Below, one piece after another: positions 61,659 through 64,000 of a stretch of DNA of 64,000 bases. Under the pieces are notes generated by a model. It saw nothing but the letters and a program-made list of their open reading frames with translations, searched no databases and was not told where the DNA came from. This DNA comes from an uncultured Gammaproteobacteria bacterium (lineage in GTDB: Bacteria; Pseudomonadota; Gammaproteobacteria; Steroidobacterales; Rariloculaceae), in assembly GCA_964503125.1 (NCBI GenBank), contig CAZCZE010000020.1:159979-223978 (forward strand). Reading direction: 5' to 3'. Both the position numbers and the translations under genes were made by a program. Each line of letters begins with the position of its first letter. The first letter of the stretch is position 1.

Positions 61659-63044
61659 GTGAAACCCAGGTCGATAGCGGCGCCGATCGCATCGATCGTC
61701 GTCGCGGCGGTGCTGCAAGGCTGCGGCCCACCAGCCAACGACGAAAGCGTCGGCCGAGGATGGCCGGTCGCCGTGCTGGAGTTTGACTACGTCGGCGGCG
61801 GCCTCGAAGGCGAGGGCCGACAGGCCGCGCGCGAGGGCGACGCGCCTCAGGGTGTCGAGCCGCTGGCCATCGACCTGTTCACCACGAAGGACTTCTACCG
61901 GGACGTCGAGCTGTGGTCGGATCCCCGCTATTTCCGCTGCAACAGTCCCTCGACGCTGCAGGCGATGTGGGGTGCCGACCTCAACACGGTGAGACCCATG
62001 ATCGGCTCCACTCCGCCCGCGAGCGCGTCATGGGGCCATTGCGCCATCGACTATCCGCGCGAGGCGATCGTCTCGCCGTACCCGTTCAAGACCGCGCAAG
62101 AGCATTACGAGGCGCTGCTCGCGGAAGCCCAAGCCCATGGCGGGCCAACGATCTATACGCGCGAGCGGCCGACGCCCGACTGGAACGGGCGCTATAGCCG
62201 CGCCATCTCGTTGCGATTCATCGCCGCGCGCGAGGGCGGTACCTACGAGGCGCCGGAATATCTGGCCGAACCGCCGCAGTGGTTTTTCACGTCGATCAGC
62301 CAGACCTCGACCATCCTCTCGCTGCTGACGTCGGAGTACCGGCAACGCACGGTGCAGATGCACTATCACCAGTCCGTGAACAATGCGCCGCTGTGGCCGG
62401 CGCAGTTCTGCTGGCCCGACGGATTCATGCGGCTGTTCTCGCGCCAGGCGCACCTCTCGATGGATGTGGTGACCACTCCAGAGCGGCTGCAGGTCATGGC
62501 CAGCAGCGCCGAGAACTTCATCCGCCACTTCAATGTCGGGCGCGAGTTCGACGTGAGCGGCGCCGTGCCGCGGCTAGGCGCGGACGTGCCGCGCTGGTTC
62601 GGCGAGAGCGTTGCGTTTTGGGACGGCGAGGCTCTCATCGCCTGGACGTCCAACGTCATCCCGTGGATCACGCACGGCGTGTTCGAGCATTCGGGGCAGA
62701 TGCAGACGGTCGAGGTTTTCTCGCCACGCCGCGCTCCGGCAGGCGAGCTGGCCGGCATCGAGCACGAGATCGTCTTCTACGACAGGGAAGCGCTCGCCGA
62801 GCCGCTGCGGCTCGTTCAGGTGCTCATCAAGACGGGCGAGCTCGGCGAGGTCGACCCTTTCGTCTATTCACGCTGCATCCAGACCATTTTCCCCGTCGAC
62901 GGCCGCCCGCAACCGCTGAGCCCGGGTGTCACGATCGACTACACCGTGCCCGACATCTACGGTCGTCCCTGGGCGCAGATCTGGGAGCAGTATTTCGAGC
63001 AGGGTATGGAGCGGCCCGAAGGCGAGTCGCTATTCGAGTTCTAG
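61659..63044 (+). CDS. Lipoprotein of unknown function ('large' family, copy B)
   Basis: GTG at 61659 ([22 protein letters not shown], lipobox) within track ORF 61524..63044. It has [25 protein letters not shown] and is collinear with 34579..35925. Confidence 0.75.
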   Translation: MKPRSIAAPIASIVVAAVLQGCGPPANDESVGRGWPVAVLEFDYVGGGLEGEGRQAAREGDAPQGVEPLAIDLFTTKDFYRDVELWSDPRYFRCNSPSTLQAMWGADLNTVRPMIGSTPPASASWGHCAIDYPREAIVSPYPFKTAQEHYEALLAEAQAHGGPTIYTRERPTPDWNGRYSRAISLRFIAAREGGTYEAPEYLAEPPQWFFTSISQTSTILSLLTSEYRQRTVQMHYHQSVNNAPLWPAQFCWPDGFMRLFSRQAHLSMDVVTTPERLQVMASSAENFIRHFNVGREFDVSGAVPRLGADVPRWFGESVAFWDGEALIAWTSNVIPWITHGVFEHSGQMQTVEVFSPRRAPAGELAGIEHEIVFYDREALAEPLRLVQVLIKTGELGEVDPFVYSRCIQTIFPVDGRPQPLSPGVTIDYTVPDIYGRPWAQIWEQYFEQGMERPEGESLFEF

Positions 63045-63998
63045 CCGCTGCGCCTCGGCGCAGGTGCCGAGCATCTCGAAATAACGCAGGACGGTCGCGG
63101 TATCTGTTTCATACGGATGCTTCTCGCCCGCGGTGCGCGGCAGCTGGGCGATGCGCGCGCGGTCGTAGGCGCGATCGAACTCCGTGTGATTGGTCATGAG
63201 GACAGTGGCGCCCGCCGCTGCCGCCGCGTCGCCCATCTTCTTGGCGCTGTCGCGGTAGATGGCGAAGTTCTCGGCGCGGCGCGGGAAGTTGAAAGCCGTG
63301 CCTCCGGAGTACGCCACCGTCAGCGGGCGGCCGCCGTCTTTCACCGAGAAAATATAGGAGAGAGTGCCCGGCGAATGTCCGGGCGTGGCGACGATGTCGA
63401 CCGTGGTGTCGCCGAGCGTAATTCGTAGCCCTTCCGGACCCACGGCGATGTCGCGCTTGGGCACGCCGCCCGCGGCCGTTGCGGGGCGCTCAAGCGTCGA
63501 CTCCCAATCCGGCGCGCCCATCACCACCTTGGCGCCGTAGCGACCCTGCAATAGCGCGGCGCCTTGGTCGTGATCGCCATGAGCGTGGCTGATCAGCACG
63601 TATTTGATGTCGCGCGGATCGAGCCCGAGCTTCGTCATGCCATCCACCATCTCCGGCTCGATGGCGTAATCGAACAGCGTGTCGATGACGATGATGCCGT
63701 CGCTCGTGGTCAGCGCCCAGGCGGAGTGGATGAGCGTGCCGACGAAATAAAGATTGTCGAACACCTTGTAGGGCGCCGCGTACCAGGTGGCGCGGTCGGG
63801 CACGGTACGGGGCCCGGCCGGGTTTGGGGGACGGGGCGCGCCGCCGCCGAGATTGTCGGGGGCGACGCAGATGCGCACGAAGGTTCCGGCGTAGTCCCGG
63901 CCCGCGGCGCGCTTGGCCGCCGCCACGAGACTGTCGGGCGTGACCGGCGCAGGAGCCTGCGCCGTCGCGGTCATCGCAGCGAGCCAAACGGTCGCCAC
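63030..63998 (-). CDS. Secreted MBL-fold metallo-hydrolase (subclass-B3-like), N-terminus probably cut by window edge
   Basis: It has the canonical HAHGDH motif ([15 protein letters not shown]), ATPGHSPG and NHTEFD. The ORF runs to within 2 nt of the window end. Confidence 0.8.
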   Translation of the reverse strand: MATVWLAAMTATAQAPAPVTPDSLVAAAKRAAGRDYAGTFVRICVAPDNLGGGAPRPPNPAGPRTVPDRATWYAAPYKVFDNLYFVGTLIHSAWALTTSDGIIVIDTLFDYAIEPEMVDGMTKLGLDPRDIKYVLISHAHGDHDQGAALLQGRYGAKVVMGAPDWESTLERPATAAGGVPKRDIAVGPEGLRITLGDTTVDIVATPGHSPGTLSYIFSVKDGGRPLTVAYSGGTAFNFPRRAENFAIYRDSAKKMGDAAAAAGATVLMTNHTEFDRAYDRARIAQLPRTAGEKHPYETDTATVLRYFEMLGTCAEAQRLELE

Positions 63999-64000
63999 CG

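Overview
High-G+C (by eye roughly two-thirds G+C) proteobacterial chromosome segment; gene order looks gammaproteobacterial, which is an inference. Positions 1-17.4 kb are conserved core: pilA(partial)-pilR-pilS, sucCD, nadE, bamD/rluD-pgeF-clpB, a FmdB zinc-ribbon gene, a DUF502 gene, aspS, nudB. From 17.4 kb to the window end the region is accessory and rich in exported proteins. It holds two diverged, inverted DUF1552+ankyrin gene pairs flanking a TonB-dependent receptor and a DUF1592-type haem protein. It also holds three loci built from recurring secreted families of unknown function: DUF6152-like 'AHHSF' proteins, a shared C-terminal domain family, and CxxCH proteins, mixed with hydrolases. 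The most unusual structure is an 11.4 kb insertion (38787..50200) bounded by a 103-bp direct repeat. It consists of one IS91-family transposase gene split by a visibly lower-G+C cassette of about 10 kb. The cassette encodes an ECF-sigma-like protein, a ParB-fold (GNRR) protein, a SNF2 ATPase, an RHH protein, a C5-cytosine methyltransferase and a 1143-aa PD-ExK/N6A-methyltransferase fusion. I read this as a candidate composite restriction/defence module whose combination I do not recognise. No rRNA, tRNA or CRISPR array was recognised. All family calls rest on motif reading of the supplied translations; no database search was run.
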